The notes: generated from the sequence alone by a model not told the origin. Positions 39,521 to 51,065 are shown, numbered from the stretch's first letter. The stretch: DNA of 64,000 nt from Escherichia coli (GCF_045037415.1 NZ_CP173438.1), one strand, 5' to 3'. Numbers and translations are program-made.

Positions 39521-40063
39521 ATGACCTTAAAAGAATTGTTAGTAGGTTTCGGCACCCAGGTTCGTAGTATCTGGATGATCGGCCTGCACGCGTTCGCCAA
39601 ACGCGAAACGCGAATGTACCCGGAAGAGCCGGTCTATCTGCCGCCCCGTTATCGTGGTCGTATCGTTCTGACCCGCGATCCGGACGGCGAAGAGCGTTGC
39701 GTAGCCTGTAACCTCTGCGCGGTAGCCTGCCCGGTCGGCTGTATCTCGCTGCAAAAAGCAGAAACCAAAGACGGTCGCTGGTATCCGGAATTTTTCCGCA
39801 TCAACTTCTCACGCTGCATTTTCTGTGGTCTGTGCGAAGAAGCCTGTCCGACCACGGCGATTCAGTTAACCCCGGATTTCGAAATGGGGGAATACAAGCG
39901 CCAGGATCTGGTTTACGAGAAAGAGGATCTGCTGATCTCCGGTCCGGGCAAATACCCGGAATATAACTTCTACCGGATGGCAGGTATGGCAATCGACGGC
40001 AAAGATAAGGGCGAAGCAGAGAACGAAGCCAAGCCTATCGACGTCAAGAGCCTGTTACCGTAA
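39521..40063 (+). CDS. nuoI: NADH-quinone oxidoreductase subunit I (2x 4Fe-4S ferredoxin)
   Basis: 180-aa ORF with two CxxCxxCxxxCP motifs. Confidence 0.95.
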
Positions 40064-40074
40064 GGAGAGGGGCA

Positions 40075-40629
40075 ATGGAGTTCGCTTTTTATATCTGTGG
40101 CCTGATAGCCATACTTGCGACCTTGCGAGTGATCACCCATACCAATCCGGTACACGCGCTGCTGTACCTGATTATTTCGCTGCTGGCGATCTCTGGGGTG
40201 TTCTTCTCACTGGGCGCTTACTTTGCCGGTGCGCTGGAAATTATCGTCTATGCGGGTGCCATTATGGTGCTGTTCGTGTTCGTGGTGATGATGCTCAACC
40301 TGGGCGGTTCAGAAATCGAACAGGAACGCCAGTGGTTGAAACCGCAGGTGTGGATTGGTCCGGCAATTTTGTCAGCCATCATGCTGGTGGTGATTGTTTA
40401 CGCCATTCTCGGTGTTAACGATCAAGGTATCGACGGTACGCCAATCAGTGCTAAAGCAGTGGGTATTACGCTGTTCGGGCCTTACGTACTGGCGGTGGAA
40501 CTGGCTTCTATGCTGCTGCTCGCGGGTCTGGTTGTGGCCTTCCACGTCGGTCGTGAAGAGCGTGCGGGTGAAGTGCTGAGCAATCGTAAAGACGACAGCG
40601 CGAAAAGAAAAACGGAGGAGCACGCATGA
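40075..40629 (+). CDS. nuoJ: NADH-quinone oxidoreductase subunit J
   Basis: 184-aa membrane ORF. Confidence 0.95.
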
Positions 40630-40928
40630 TCCCCTTACAACATGGACTGATCCTCGCGGCAATCTTATTCGTTCTTGGCTTAACCGGTCTGGTTATCCGT
40701 CGCAATCTGCTGTTTATGCTGATTGGTCTGGAAATCATGATTAACGCCTCCGCGCTGGCCTTTGTGGTCGCCGGAAGCTACTGGGGCCAGACCGACGGTC
40801 AGGTGATGTACATTCTCGCCATCAGCCTCGCGGCGGCGGAAGCGAGTATCGGCCTTGCGCTGCTGCTGCAACTTCACCGTCGTCGCCAGAACCTGAACAT
40901 CGATTCAGTAAGTGAGATGCGCGGATGA
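40626..40928 (+). CDS. nuoK: NADH-quinone oxidoreductase subunit K
   Basis: 100-aa membrane ORF overlapping nuoJ stop. Confidence 0.95.
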
Positions 40929-42766
40929 ACATGCTTGCCTTAACCATTATTTTGCCATTGATTGGCTTCGTCCTGCTGGCGTTCTCCCGTGGGCGCTGGT
41001 CTGAAAACGTCTCGGCGATCGTCGGCGTTGGCTCTGTGGGCCTGGCGGCGCTGGTAACCGCCTTTATCGGCGTTGACTTCTTCGCTAACGGTGAGCAGGC
41101 ATATAGCCAGCCGCTGTGGACGTGGATGTCGGTAGGCGACTTTAACATCGGTTTCAATCTGGTGCTGGACGGCCTGTCGCTGACCATGCTCTCAGTGGTC
41201 ACTGGTGTGGGTTTCCTTATTCACATGTATGCCTCCTGGTATATGCGCGGAGAAGAGGGCTACTCTCGCTTCTTCGCTTACACCAACCTGTTCATCGCCA
41301 GCATGGTAGTTCTGGTTCTCGCCGATAACCTACTGTTGATGTACCTCGGCTGGGAAGGCGTGGGCCTGTGCTCCTATCTGCTGATCGGTTTCTATTACAC
41401 CGATCCGAAGAATGGCGCAGCGGCAATGAAAGCGTTCGTCGTGACCCGTGTGGGTGACGTCTTCCTCGCTTTTGCGCTGTTCATTCTTTACAACGAACTG
41501 GGCACCCTGAACTTCCGCGAAATGGTGGAACTGGCACCAGCGCACTTTGCTGACGGCAATAACATGCTGATGTGGGCGACGCTGATGCTGCTGGGCGGTG
41601 CGGTCGGTAAATCTGCGCAGTTGCCGTTGCAGACATGGCTTGCCGACGCGATGGCGGGCCCGACGCCTGTCTCCGCGCTGATCCACGCCGCAACAATGGT
41701 AACCGCGGGTGTCTACCTGATCGCCCGTACCCACGGCCTGTTCCTGATGACGCCGGAAGTTCTGCATCTGGTGGGTATTGTCGGGGCGGTTACGCTGCTG
41801 CTGGCCGGTTTTGCCGCGCTGGTACAGACCGACATCAAACGTGTTCTCGCTTACTCTACCATGAGCCAGATTGGCTACATGTTCCTCGCGCTTGGCGTGC
41901 AGGCATGGGATGCGGCGATTTTCCACTTGATGACCCACGCGTTCTTTAAAGCGCTGCTGTTCCTGGCATCCGGTTCCGTCATTCTGGCCTGCCATCACGA
42001 ACAGAACATCTTTAAGATGGGTGGTCTGCGTAAATCTATTCCGCTGGTTTATCTCTGCTTCCTGGTGGGCGGCGCAGCACTATCGGCACTGCCGCTGGTC
42101 ACTGCGGGCTTCTTCAGTAAGGATGAGATCCTCGCGGGTGCGATGGCGAATGGACATATCAATCTGATGGTGGCAGGTCTGGTCGGTGCGTTTATGACCT
42201 CGCTCTACACCTTCCGTATGATTTTCATCGTCTTCCACGGAAAAGAACAAATTCACGCTCACGCCGTGAAAGGGGTAACTCACAGCCTGCCGCTGATTGT
42301 GCTGCTGATCCTTTCCACCTTCGTTGGTGCACTGATTGTACCGCCGCTGCAGGGCGTGCTTCCGCAAACGACGGAGCTGGCGCACGGCAGCATGTTGACC
42401 CTGGAAATTACCTCTGGCGTGGTCGCGGTGGTCGGCATTCTGCTGGCTGCCTGGCTGTGGCTGGGTAAACGTACTCTGGTGACCTCCATCGCCAACAGTG
42501 CGCCGGGCCGTCTGCTGGGTACCTGGTGGTACAACGCCTGGGGCTTTGACTGGCTGTACGACAAAGTGTTCGTCAAGCCGTTCCTGGGTATTGCCTGGTT
42601 GCTGAAACGCGATCCGCTGAACTCAATGATGAACATCCCGGCTGTCCTTTCCCGCTTTGCAGGTAAAGGTCTGCTGTTAAGCGAGAACGGTTATCTGCGC
42701 TGGTATGTGGCATCCATGAGCATCGGTGCGGTCGTGGTGCTGGCTCTGTTGATGGTACTGCGTTGA
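40925..42766 (+). CDS. nuoL: NADH-quinone oxidoreductase subunit L
   Basis: 613-aa antiporter-like membrane ORF. Confidence 0.95.
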
Positions 42767-42804
42767 GTTAAGGATTGTGGGATTGCCCCTGGGCATATAA
42801 GAAC

Positions 42805-42842
42805 GTAGGTCGGATAAGCCGTCTTCGCGGCGCATCCGACAC
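42805..42842. repeat. REP palindromic element inside the nuo operon (nuoL-nuoM spacer)
   Basis: GTAGGTCGGATAAGCCGTCTTCGCGGCGCATCCGACAC, same family as the REP units at 5754-6020. Confidence 0.75.
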
Positions 42843-42929
42843 TACCCCCAGTCCGAAGAGAATTTTCTGTCGTGAGAATTCGTTGAAAATCCGGTCCTGA
42901 CGGGACTTTTACAAGGAATAAAGATCGCC

Positions 42930-44459
42930 ATGTTACTACCCTGGCTAATATTAATTCCCTTTATCGGCGGCTTCCTGTGCTGGCAGACCGAACGCTTTGG
43001 CGTCAAGGTGCCGCGCTGGATCGCGCTGGTAACCATGGGATTGACGCTGGCGCTGTCGCTGCAACTGTGGTTGCAGGGCGGTTATTCACTGACGCAATCC
43101 GCCGGAATTCCGCAGTGGCAGTCTGAATTCGACATGCCGTGGATCCCGCGTTTTGGTATCTCTATCCATCTCGCCATTGACGGTCTGTCGTTGCTGATGG
43201 TCGTGCTGACCGGTCTGCTCGGTGTGCTGGCGGTACTCTGTTCGTGGAAAGAGATCGAAAAATACCAGGGCTTCTTCCACCTCAACCTGATGTGGATCCT
43301 GGGCGGCGTTATCGGCGTGTTCCTTGCCATCGACATGTTCCTGTTCTTCTTCTTCTGGGAAATGATGCTGGTGCCGATGTACTTCCTGATCGCACTGTGG
43401 GGGCATAAAGCCTCTGACGGTAAAACGCGTATCACGGCGGCAACCAAGTTCTTCATTTACACCCAGGCGAGTGGTCTGGTGATGTTGATCGCCATCCAGG
43501 CGCTGGTTTTCGTTCACTACAATGCGACCGGCGTCTGGACCTTCAACTATGAAGAGCTGCTGAATACGCCGATGTCTAACGGCGTGGAATACCTGTTGAT
43601 GCTGGGCTTCTTCATCGCCTTCGCAGTGAAAATGCCGGTGGTTCCGCTGCATGGCTGGCTGCCGGATGCGCACTCCCAGGCTCCGACCGCCGGTTCCGTT
43701 GACCTCGCGGGGATCTTGCTGAAAACCGCCGCTTACGGTCTGCTGCGTTTCTCCCTACCGCTGTTCCCGAACGCGTCGGCAGAGTTCGCGCCAATCGCTA
43801 TGTGGCTGGGTGTTATCGGCATCTTCTATGGTGCGTGGATGGCCTTCGCCCAGACCGATATCAAACGTCTGATCGCCTACACCTCGGTTTCCCACATGGG
43901 CTTCGTGCTGATTGCTATCTACACCGGTAGCCAGTTGGCCTACCAGGGCGCGGTAATCCAGATGATTGCACACGGCTTGTCAGCGGCGGGTCTGTTTATT
44001 CTCTGCGGTCAGCTCTATGAACGTATCCATACCCGCGACATGCGCATGATGGGCGGTCTGTGGAGCAAGATGAAGTGGCTGCCAGCACTGTCGCTGTTCT
44101 TTGCGGTGGCAACGCTTGGGATGCCTGGCACCGGTAACTTCGTCGGCGAATTTATGATTCTGTTCGGTAGCTTCCAGGTTGTCCCGGTAATTACCGTTAT
44201 CTCTACCTTTGGGCTGGTCTTTGCATCTGTTTATTCGCTGGCGATGCTGCATCGCGCTTATTTCGGTAAAGCGAAAAGCCAGATTGCCAGCCAGGAACTG
44301 CCAGGGATGTCGCTGCGTGAGCTGTTTATGATCCTGTTGCTGGTGGTGCTGCTGGTACTGCTGGGCTTCTATCCGCAGCCGATTCTGGATACCTCGCACT
44401 CCGCGATTGGCAATATCCAGCAGTGGTTTGTTAATTCCGTTACTACTACAAGGCCGTAA
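42930..44459 (+). CDS. nuoM: NADH-quinone oxidoreductase subunit M
   Basis: 509-aa antiporter-like membrane ORF. Confidence 0.95.
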   Translation: MLLPWLILIPFIGGFLCWQTERFGVKVPRWIALVTMGLTLALSLQLWLQGGYSLTQSAGIPQWQSEFDMPWIPRFGISIHLAIDGLSLLMVVLTGLLGVLAVLCSWKEIEKYQGFFHLNLMWILGGVIGVFLAIDMFLFFFFWEMMLVPMYFLIALWGHKASDGKTRITAATKFFIYTQASGLVMLIAIQALVFVHYNATGVWTFNYEELLNTPMSNGVEYLLMLGFFIAFAVKMPVVPLHGWLPDAHSQAPTAGSVDLAGILLKTAAYGLLRFSLPLFPNASAEFAPIAMWLGVIGIFYGAWMAFAQTDIKRLIAYTSVSHMGFVLIAIYTGSQLAYQGAVIQMIAHGLSAAGLFILCGQLYERIHTRDMRMMGGLWSKMKWLPALSLFFAVATLGMPGTGNFVGEFMILFGSFQVVPVITVISTFGLVFASVYSLAMLHRAYFGKAKSQIASQELPGMSLRELFMILLLVVLLVLLGFYPQPILDTSHSAIGNIQQWFVNSVTTTRP

Positions 44460-44465
44460 ATCGCC

Positions 44466-45923
44466 ATGACAATAACTCCACAAAACCTGATCGCACTGCT
44501 ACCGTTGCTGATCGTCGGCTTGACGGTGGTGGTTGTGATGCTCTCCATTGCGTGGCGACGCAATCATTTTCTCAACGCTACGCTCTCGGTTATTGGGCTT
44601 AACGCGGCGCTGGTTTCGCTCTGGTTTGTCGGCCAGGCGGGCGCTATGGACGTTACGCCACTGATGCGCGTTGATGGTTTCGCCATGCTTTACACCGGGC
44701 TGGTATTGTTGGCGAGCCTCGCCACCTGTACTTTCGCCTACCCGTGGCTTGAAGGCTATAACGACAACAAGGATGAGTTCTACCTGTTGGTGTTAATTGC
44801 CGCGCTGGGCGGGATCCTGCTGGCGAATGCCAACCATCTGGCGTCTCTGTTCCTCGGTATCGAACTGATCTCTTTGCCGCTGTTTGGCCTGGTCGGTTAC
44901 GCTTTCCGCCAGAAACGTTCGCTGGAAGCCAGTATCAAATACACCATCCTTTCTGCCGCAGCGTCTTCTTTCCTGCTGTTCGGTATGGCGCTGGTGTATG
45001 CGCAGTCTGGCGACCTGTCGTTTGTCGCACTGGGTAAAAACCTCGGCGACGGTATGCTCAACGAGCCGCTGTTGCTGGCAGGTTTCGGCCTGATGATTGT
45101 TGGCCTCGGCTTCAAACTCTCTCTGGTGCCGTTCCACCTGTGGACGCCAGACGTATACCAGGGCGCGCCTGCGCCGGTTTCCACTTTCCTGGCGACGGCG
45201 AGCAAAATCGCTATCTTCGGCGTGGTGATGCGTTTGTTCCTTTACGCACCGGTGGGTGACAGTGAAGCGATTCGCGTAGTGCTGGCGATTATCGCCTTTG
45301 CCTCCATCATCTTCGGTAACCTGATGGCGCTGAGCCAGACCAATATCAAACGTCTGCTCGGTTACTCATCTATCTCTCACCTCGGCTATCTGCTGGTGGC
45401 GCTGATTGCGCTGCAAACCGGCGAGATGTCGATGGAAGCGGTAGGGGTTTACCTGGCAGGTTATCTGTTCAGCAGCCTCGGCGCGTTCGGCGTGGTCAGC
45501 CTGATGTCCAGCCCGTATCGTGGCCCGGATGCTGATTCCCTGTTCTCTTACCGCGGTCTGTTCTGGCATCGTCCGATCCTCGCGGCAGTGATGACGGTGA
45601 TGATGCTTTCACTGGCTGGTATCCCAATGACGCTGGGCTTTATCGGTAAGTTCTACGTGCTGGCGGTCGGTGTCCAGGCACACTTGTGGTGGCTGGTGGG
45701 TGCCGTAGTTGTCGGTTCGGCAATCGGCCTCTACTACTACCTGCGTGTGGCGGTGAGCTTATACCTTCACGCTCCGGAACAACCGGGTCGCGATGCACCA
45801 TCAAACTGGCAGTACAGCGCAGGCGGTATCGTGGTGCTGATCTCTGCACTGTTGGTACTGGTGCTGGGTGTATGGCCACAACCGCTGATTAGCATTGTGC
45901 GGTTAGCAATGCCGCTGATGTAA
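44466..45923 (+). CDS. nuoN: NADH-quinone oxidoreductase subunit N
   Basis: 485-aa antiporter-like membrane ORF, last nuo gene. Confidence 0.95.
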
Positions 45924-45947
45924 GCAGTCAGTTTGTAAGTCAGAAAG

Positions 45948-45973
45948 CCGCCGACATGTTCGGCGGTTTTTTT
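45948..45973 (+). terminator. intrinsic terminator of the nuo operon
   Basis: CCGCCGA (45948-45954) / TCGGCGG (45960-45966), loop CATGT, followed by 7 T (45967-45973). Confidence 0.7.
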
Positions 45974-45989
45974 GGGTGCCCTGACACCA

Positions 45990-46493
45990 TCACCCAACAA
46001 TAACCGTCAGCGCATGATTCCCTTGTCGCAGCATACGTCGATACGCGCTAATCAGCTTTTCCATATCAAGCATGATCGAAGCAAAGAGTTGCCCCTCTAA
46101 CTCTTCTGAAAAGGTTACTCCCGGATAAATCTCCATTTCATTGAGTCGCTTAATGGAAAACTGTTTACGCAGCTCACTTCGATCCAGTGATTCCAGTCGG
46201 TCGATTGTCGCGGCTAACTCCTGATTCCAGGTCAATCCCAGGAAGCCATCTATGCCATCTTCTAGGCTGTGTTCACCAAGCACTGCGCGACTTAGCGGGT
46301 CATTCTTCGCGGGGTCAAATGCAGATGTACCCGTCAGGCCAAAGTGTAAAAAATCCCAGCGTTTATCAATATCCAGTCGGCGTAATCCTGAAAGCGTGTC
46401 ATGTATATTATCCATCAAAGGTTTTTTAGTAGACTCAAGCAGTTGGTTAATCTTTTCTGAGTCAATTTCTGCAAAATAGCCAATCATTCCCAT
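45990..46493 (-). CDS. yfbM: DUF1877-family protein YfbM
   Basis: 167-aa ORF; recognised by sequence and by the yfbM-yfbL-yfbK arrangement. Confidence 0.75.
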   Translation of the reverse strand: MGMIGYFAEIDSEKINQLLESTKKPLMDNIHDTLSGLRRLDIDKRWDFLHFGLTGTSAFDPAKNDPLSRAVLGEHSLEDGIDGFLGLTWNQELAATIDRLESLDRSELRKQFSIKRLNEMEIYPGVTFSEELEGQLFASIMLDMEKLISAYRRMLRQGNHALTVIVG

Positions 46494-46595
46494 TTATTTT
46501 TCCTCCGTTGAATTTCATGTTTCGCATCTTAAAACAGACGAAAGAAAATAAAATGCGCATGTTGCTTTTTCTGGATCCGCCTCGAGAAATTTTTA

Positions 46596-47567
46596 TTATT
46601 TACTGTTGTATAACAAGGTTGTAACTCCATCCACTACCTGAGCCATTTTCTGATAATTTAATCTGTCTGCGATATCACCGGGAAAGTGGTATTGTTTATT
46701 ACGATAAAAAGCGGTGTCAGTAATCATTACGGCGGGAATATCGTATTGCCAATAATTAAGGTGATCAGAGAAATCAATACCGGGAATAAAACCTGGGGCA
46801 TTCATAGAATAAACAGATAAATCCCGGGATGACAACAATGCCGCTTTTACCTGACGAACGGCGTTGATATCCTGCATTCTGCCGACCACGGCAATAAAGT
46901 CTCCCCGATCGGGATAAAGCCAGGACATGGCCGGGGATGGGTAATCCTGGCTACCAGGCGTAGAGTCGTAATAACCAATCATCTCCAGCGCTATCATTAA
47001 TTTCACTGGACGCTCAAGCGAAGCTGCATGTACCGCGCTCCCCATTTCATCGCTACGAAAGAAGGGCGGTTCTTCCGACGCATAGGCGACCAGCTGCACG
47101 CCTGTTTTCGGTGCTTGCTGCTGTAACAAACGTGCCAGTTCGAGTAATCCTGCCACACCGCTGGCGTTATCATCCGCGCCCGGCGTATAGGTCAATTGAT
47201 CGTTTTCGTAACTACTGACAGAGTCATAGTGCGCACCAATAATAATCAGCGGTCCATCGGCAGGACCATAATTAGCAACAATGTTTTTGTAGGGGCCACC
47301 CGTAATGGGGATATCCTGCGCGGTAACTCTGGCACCGCTACTGATAAAGACCTCTTTTATATACTCTGCGGATCTATTCAGATTATCAATATTGTCGGCG
47401 CTACGTGGATGCACAGTTTGTGTAAGATAACGAACTGTTTTTTCTAATTGCTCAGGACTAGCGTGTCGGGGCGTTGGTGGTAATGCATTCACCCAGGGTT
47501 GGTAAAAAATAATCAGAGGGAGTGAAAATAGAAATAATATAATAAAAGCAAAATTTATTTTTTTCAT
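46596..47567 (-). CDS. yfbL: M28-family aminopeptidase
   Basis: Track ORF starts at TTG 47573; ATG at 47567 gives 323 aa; signal peptide plus Zn-peptidase motifs (HYDS, DDNASG). Confidence 0.8.
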   Translation of the reverse strand: MKKINFAFIILFLFSLPLIIFYQPWVNALPPTPRHASPEQLEKTVRYLTQTVHPRSADNIDNLNRSAEYIKEVFISSGARVTAQDIPITGGPYKNIVANYGPADGPLIIIGAHYDSVSSYENDQLTYTPGADDNASGVAGLLELARLLQQQAPKTGVQLVAYASEEPPFFRSDEMGSAVHAASLERPVKLMIALEMIGYYDSTPGSQDYPSPAMSWLYPDRGDFIAVVGRMQDINAVRQVKAALLSSRDLSVYSMNAPGFIPGIDFSDHLNYWQYDIPAVMITDTAFYRNKQYHFPGDIADRLNYQKMAQVVDGVTTLLYNSK

Positions 47568-47704
47568 ATGCAAATTATTAATGGGTTGCGTTGTTGAATC
47601 ATTATTTGTTATGGGTTTCGATATTGTATTTTATTAAGATTAGCAGGATTATACAAAGAGTGTATTTTATGTCGGGGCCCTGAGTTTATTTAAAAGGATT
47701 TTAT

Positions 47705-49447
47705 ATGCGAAATAAAAATATAATCATGTTGCTTATAAGTAGTTTGATTTTGTCAGGATGTGGGCCGGAACCTGAGGATAAGAAAAGTCAGCAACAACAA
47801 TCTACTACACCCACTGACCAGCAAGTGCTTGCCGCGCAACAAGCGGCAACAAAAGTGGCTGAGCAAAGCGCCGCCAAAGCCGCTGCAGACGCGAAAGCCT
47901 TAGCCCAGCAAGAAGTGCAACAATATTCAGACAAACAGGCTTTGCTGGGGCGATTGCAGGCGGCTCCAAAATATCAACATGCAGCCAGAGAAAAAGCAGC
48001 CTCCCAAATCGCAAATCCAGCAACCGCTCGCTACCAGCAGTTCGATGATAATCCGGTTAAGCAGGTAGCGCAAAACCCGTTGGCGACGTTTAGCCTTGAC
48101 GTCGATACCGGCAGTTATGCGAATGTGCGGCGTTTCCTTAATCAAGGGCTGTTACCTCCGCCAGACGCTGTGCGGGTGGAGGAGATAGTCAATTATTTCC
48201 CGTCTGACTGGGATATCAAAGACAAACAATCTATTCCGGCCTCTAAGCCAATACCTTTCGCTATGCGCTACGAATTGGCACCTGCACCCTGGAATGAACA
48301 GCGAACATTGCTGAAAGTTGATATCCTGGCGAAAGATCGCAAAAGTGAAGAGTTACCCGCTTCTAATCTGGTCTTTCTTATCGACACGTCTGGTTCAATG
48401 ATTTCTGATGAACGTTTGCCACTTATCCAGTCTTCGTTGAAATTATTGGTCAAAGAACTTCGTGAGCAGGATAACATTGCCATCGTGACCTACGCTGGCG
48501 ACTCTCGTATTGCGTTGCCTTCTATCTCCGGTAGTCACAAGGCGGAAATTAATGCTGCAATTGATTCGCTGGATGCAGAAGGCAGTACCAATGGCGGTGC
48601 CGGGCTGGAGATGGCTTATCAGCAGGCAGCGAAGGGGTTTATTAAAGGTGGTATCAATCGCATTTTATTGGCCACTGACGGTGACTTTAACGTTGGCATT
48701 GACGATCCAAAATCGATTGAATCAATGGTCAAAAAACAGCGTGAGTCCGGTGTTACTCTGTCGACGCTTGGCGTGGGGGATAGCAATTATAACGAGGCAA
48801 TGATGGTGAGAATTGCCGATGTTGGTAACGGCAACTATAGCTACATTGATACCCTCTCAGAGGCGCAGAAAGTGTTGAACAGTGAAATGCGGCAGACGTT
48901 GATTACCGTAGCAAAAGATGTCAAAGCGCAAATTGAGTTTAATCCCGCGTGGGTAACGGAATACCGTCAGATAGGTTATGAAAAGCGCCAACTTAAGGCA
49001 GAGGATTTTAATAACGACAACGTTGATGCGGGTGATATTGGCGCAGGTAAACATATAACATTGTTATTTGAATTAACGCTGAAAGGGCAAAAAGCATCAA
49101 TTGATAAGTTACGCTATGCCCCGGATAACAAATCAGCGAAATCGGACAAAACAAAAGAACTTGCCTGGTTAAAGATTCGTTGGAAATCCCCACAGGGAAA
49201 AGAAAGTCAGTTAGTTGAATTCCCGTTGGCATCTGCAATAAAGGCACCTTCAGAAGATATGCGCTTTCGCGCAGCAGTGGCTGCATATGGGCAAAAGTTA
49301 CGCGGTTCTGAATACCTGAACAATACCTCCTGGCAGCAGATCAAACAGTGGGCTCAGAAGGCAAAAGGGGAAGATCCACAGGGTTACAGAGCGGAATTTA
49401 TTCGCCTGATTGGACTGGCGAAAGATCTGGACAATTCACAAAACTAA
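47705..49447 (+). CDS. yfbK: von Willebrand factor type A domain lipoprotein
   Basis: 580-aa ORF with lipobox (LILSGC), Gln/Ala-rich N-terminal region, vWA MIDAS motif (DTSGSM). Confidence 0.8.
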   Translation: MRNKNIIMLLISSLILSGCGPEPEDKKSQQQQSTTPTDQQVLAAQQAATKVAEQSAAKAAADAKALAQQEVQQYSDKQALLGRLQAAPKYQHAAREKAASQIANPATARYQQFDDNPVKQVAQNPLATFSLDVDTGSYANVRRFLNQGLLPPPDAVRVEEIVNYFPSDWDIKDKQSIPASKPIPFAMRYELAPAPWNEQRTLLKVDILAKDRKSEELPASNLVFLIDTSGSMISDERLPLIQSSLKLLVKELREQDNIAIVTYAGDSRIALPSISGSHKAEINAAIDSLDAEGSTNGGAGLEMAYQQAAKGFIKGGINRILLATDGDFNVGIDDPKSIESMVKKQRESGVTLSTLGVGDSNYNEAMMVRIADVGNGNYSYIDTLSEAQKVLNSEMRQTLITVAKDVKAQIEFNPAWVTEYRQIGYEKRQLKAEDFNNDNVDAGDIGAGKHITLLFELTLKGQKASIDKLRYAPDNKSAKSDKTKELAWLKIRWKSPQGKESQLVEFPLASAIKAPSEDMRFRAAVAAYGQKLRGSEYLNNTSWQQIKQWAQKAKGEDPQGYRAEFIRLIGLAKDLDNSQN

Positions 49448-49567
49448 AAATGATAATTCTGTTTGCCTGATATCGACATCAAACGTATCCGGCAAACAGA
49501 TGAAAAAATGTCAAATAAATGTGTTGGTATCGTTAAATTAATCTGCTAACTAACCACCGCTTTCGAC

Positions 49568-50485
49568 TTAAATGCTAAACACCGCGAAATCATTCGCCAG
49601 TTCAGTCGCCGGGAAAATTGACCGACATTCACGTAACAGGTGCTGACAACCTTTGTCATCATAGCGTGAGCTGACGTGGGTAATGATTAGCTTACCGACT
49701 CCAGCCTCACGGGCTAGTGCCGCCGCCTGGCGTGTAGAACTATGGCCGCGACTGTTGGCTTTGGCCTCCATCGCCATATCCAGAGTCGCTTCGTGAACCA
49801 TTACGTCGACGCCTTTAGCAAGCTCCAGCGCGGCATCGCAGGGGCCGGTATCGCCGAAAATAGCGAGCGCTTTACCCGGCACTGGAGCGGCTAAGTAATC
49901 TGCGCCATTAATCTGCCTTCCATCATCCAGCATGATTGTTTTGCCCGCTTTTAATTCCTGAAACAGCGGGCCAGGCGGCACGCCAGCAGCTTTTAATGCC
50001 TGGGCATTTAATGCACCTGGTTTATCATGTTCTTCAATACGATAACCATAACATTCCAGTGGGTGTTCCATCGGATAAGCGGTCACTTTGCGCAGGCCAT
50101 CATCGAAAATTTCGCCAGTGCTAATTTCGACAATTTCCAGCGGATAATCGGTCCATGAGCCGCTAATCCGCAGCGCGGTCTCCACAAATTCACGGATACC
50201 GTGCGGACCATAAATCGTTAAGGGTTGGATAATGCCTGACATAGAACGACTGCACAGCAAGCCGGGTAAACCAAAGAGATGATCGCCATGAAGGTGACTG
50301 ATAAAAATCTTGTCCAGTTTTCCAGGGTTAAAGGCAGTATGCAGTAGCTGATGCTGGGTGCCTTCACCGCAGTCAAATAACCAAAGTCCGCTCTGGGTCG
50401 GATGTTGCAGGTTAAGCAATATTGCCGTGACATTACGCGTACGGGTTGGCACACCGGCTGAAGTACCTAAAAAAATTAATTCCAT
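49568..50485 (-). CDS. rbn: ribonuclease BN / RNase Z (metallo-beta-lactamase fold)
   Basis: 305-aa ORF with HxHxDH motif (HLHGDH). Confidence 0.9.
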   Translation of the reverse strand: MELIFLGTSAGVPTRTRNVTAILLNLQHPTQSGLWLFDCGEGTQHQLLHTAFNPGKLDKIFISHLHGDHLFGLPGLLCSRSMSGIIQPLTIYGPHGIREFVETALRISGSWTDYPLEIVEISTGEIFDDGLRKVTAYPMEHPLECYGYRIEEHDKPGALNAQALKAAGVPPGPLFQELKAGKTIMLDDGRQINGADYLAAPVPGKALAIFGDTGPCDAALELAKGVDVMVHEATLDMAMEAKANSRGHSSTRQAAALAREAGVGKLIITHVSSRYDDKGCQHLLRECRSIFPATELANDFAVFSI

Positions 50486-50549
50486 GAGTTCATCACGCTG
50501 CTGAAAATATTCCGGCTAGTATAAAGCAAACAGCACAAAGGAGCCTTCC

Positions 50550-51011
50550 ATGATCGACTGGCAAGATCTGCATCATTCTGATTTATCCGTTTCTCAGCTT
50601 TATGCCTTATTACAACTGCGTTGTGCGGTATTTGTAGTGGAACAAAACTGTCCTTACCAGGATATCGATGGTGACGATCTGGAGGGAGAAAATCGCCACA
50701 TTCTCGGTTGGCATAACGGGACACTGGTGGCGTATGCGAGGATTCTGAAAAGTGACGACGAACTGCAACCCGTTGTGATTGGTCGGGTGATTGTCAGCGA
50801 AGCCTTACGCGGTGAAAAAATCGGTCAGCAATTGATGAGTAAGGCGCTGGAATCGTGTACTCGCCGCTGGCCGGAGAAGCCGATTTATCTGGGGGCGCAG
50901 GCGCATTTACAAAACTTTTATGGGCAATTTGGTTTCATCCCTGTGACCGATATTTATGAAGAAGATGGTATCCCACACATTGGGATGGCACGCGAGGTAA
51001 TTCAGGCGTAA
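50550..51011 (+). CDS. elaA: GNAT-family N-acetyltransferase
   Basis: 153-aa ORF with GNAT acetyl-CoA motif (RGEKIGQQLM). Confidence 0.85.
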   Translation: MIDWQDLHHSDLSVSQLYALLQLRCAVFVVEQNCPYQDIDGDDLEGENRHILGWHNGTLVAYARILKSDDELQPVVIGRVIVSEALRGEKIGQQLMSKALESCTRRWPEKPIYLGAQAHLQNFYGQFGFIPVTDIYEEDGIPHIGMAREVIQA

Positions 51012-51065
51012 TCAATAACCCTTGTCTATAGTTAGTGACAGGTTTTACACAAATGGAGAACGAGA

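Noticed and set aside
46573-46586. Adjacent GGATCC (BamHI) and CTCGAG (XhoI) sites 2 bp apart just downstream of yfbL, resembling a cloning scar
   Set aside because: Given the number of common restriction-site pairs and spacings one would notice, a few such adjacencies are expected by chance in 64 kb; there is no vector, antibiotic marker or FRT/loxP-like sequence nearby.
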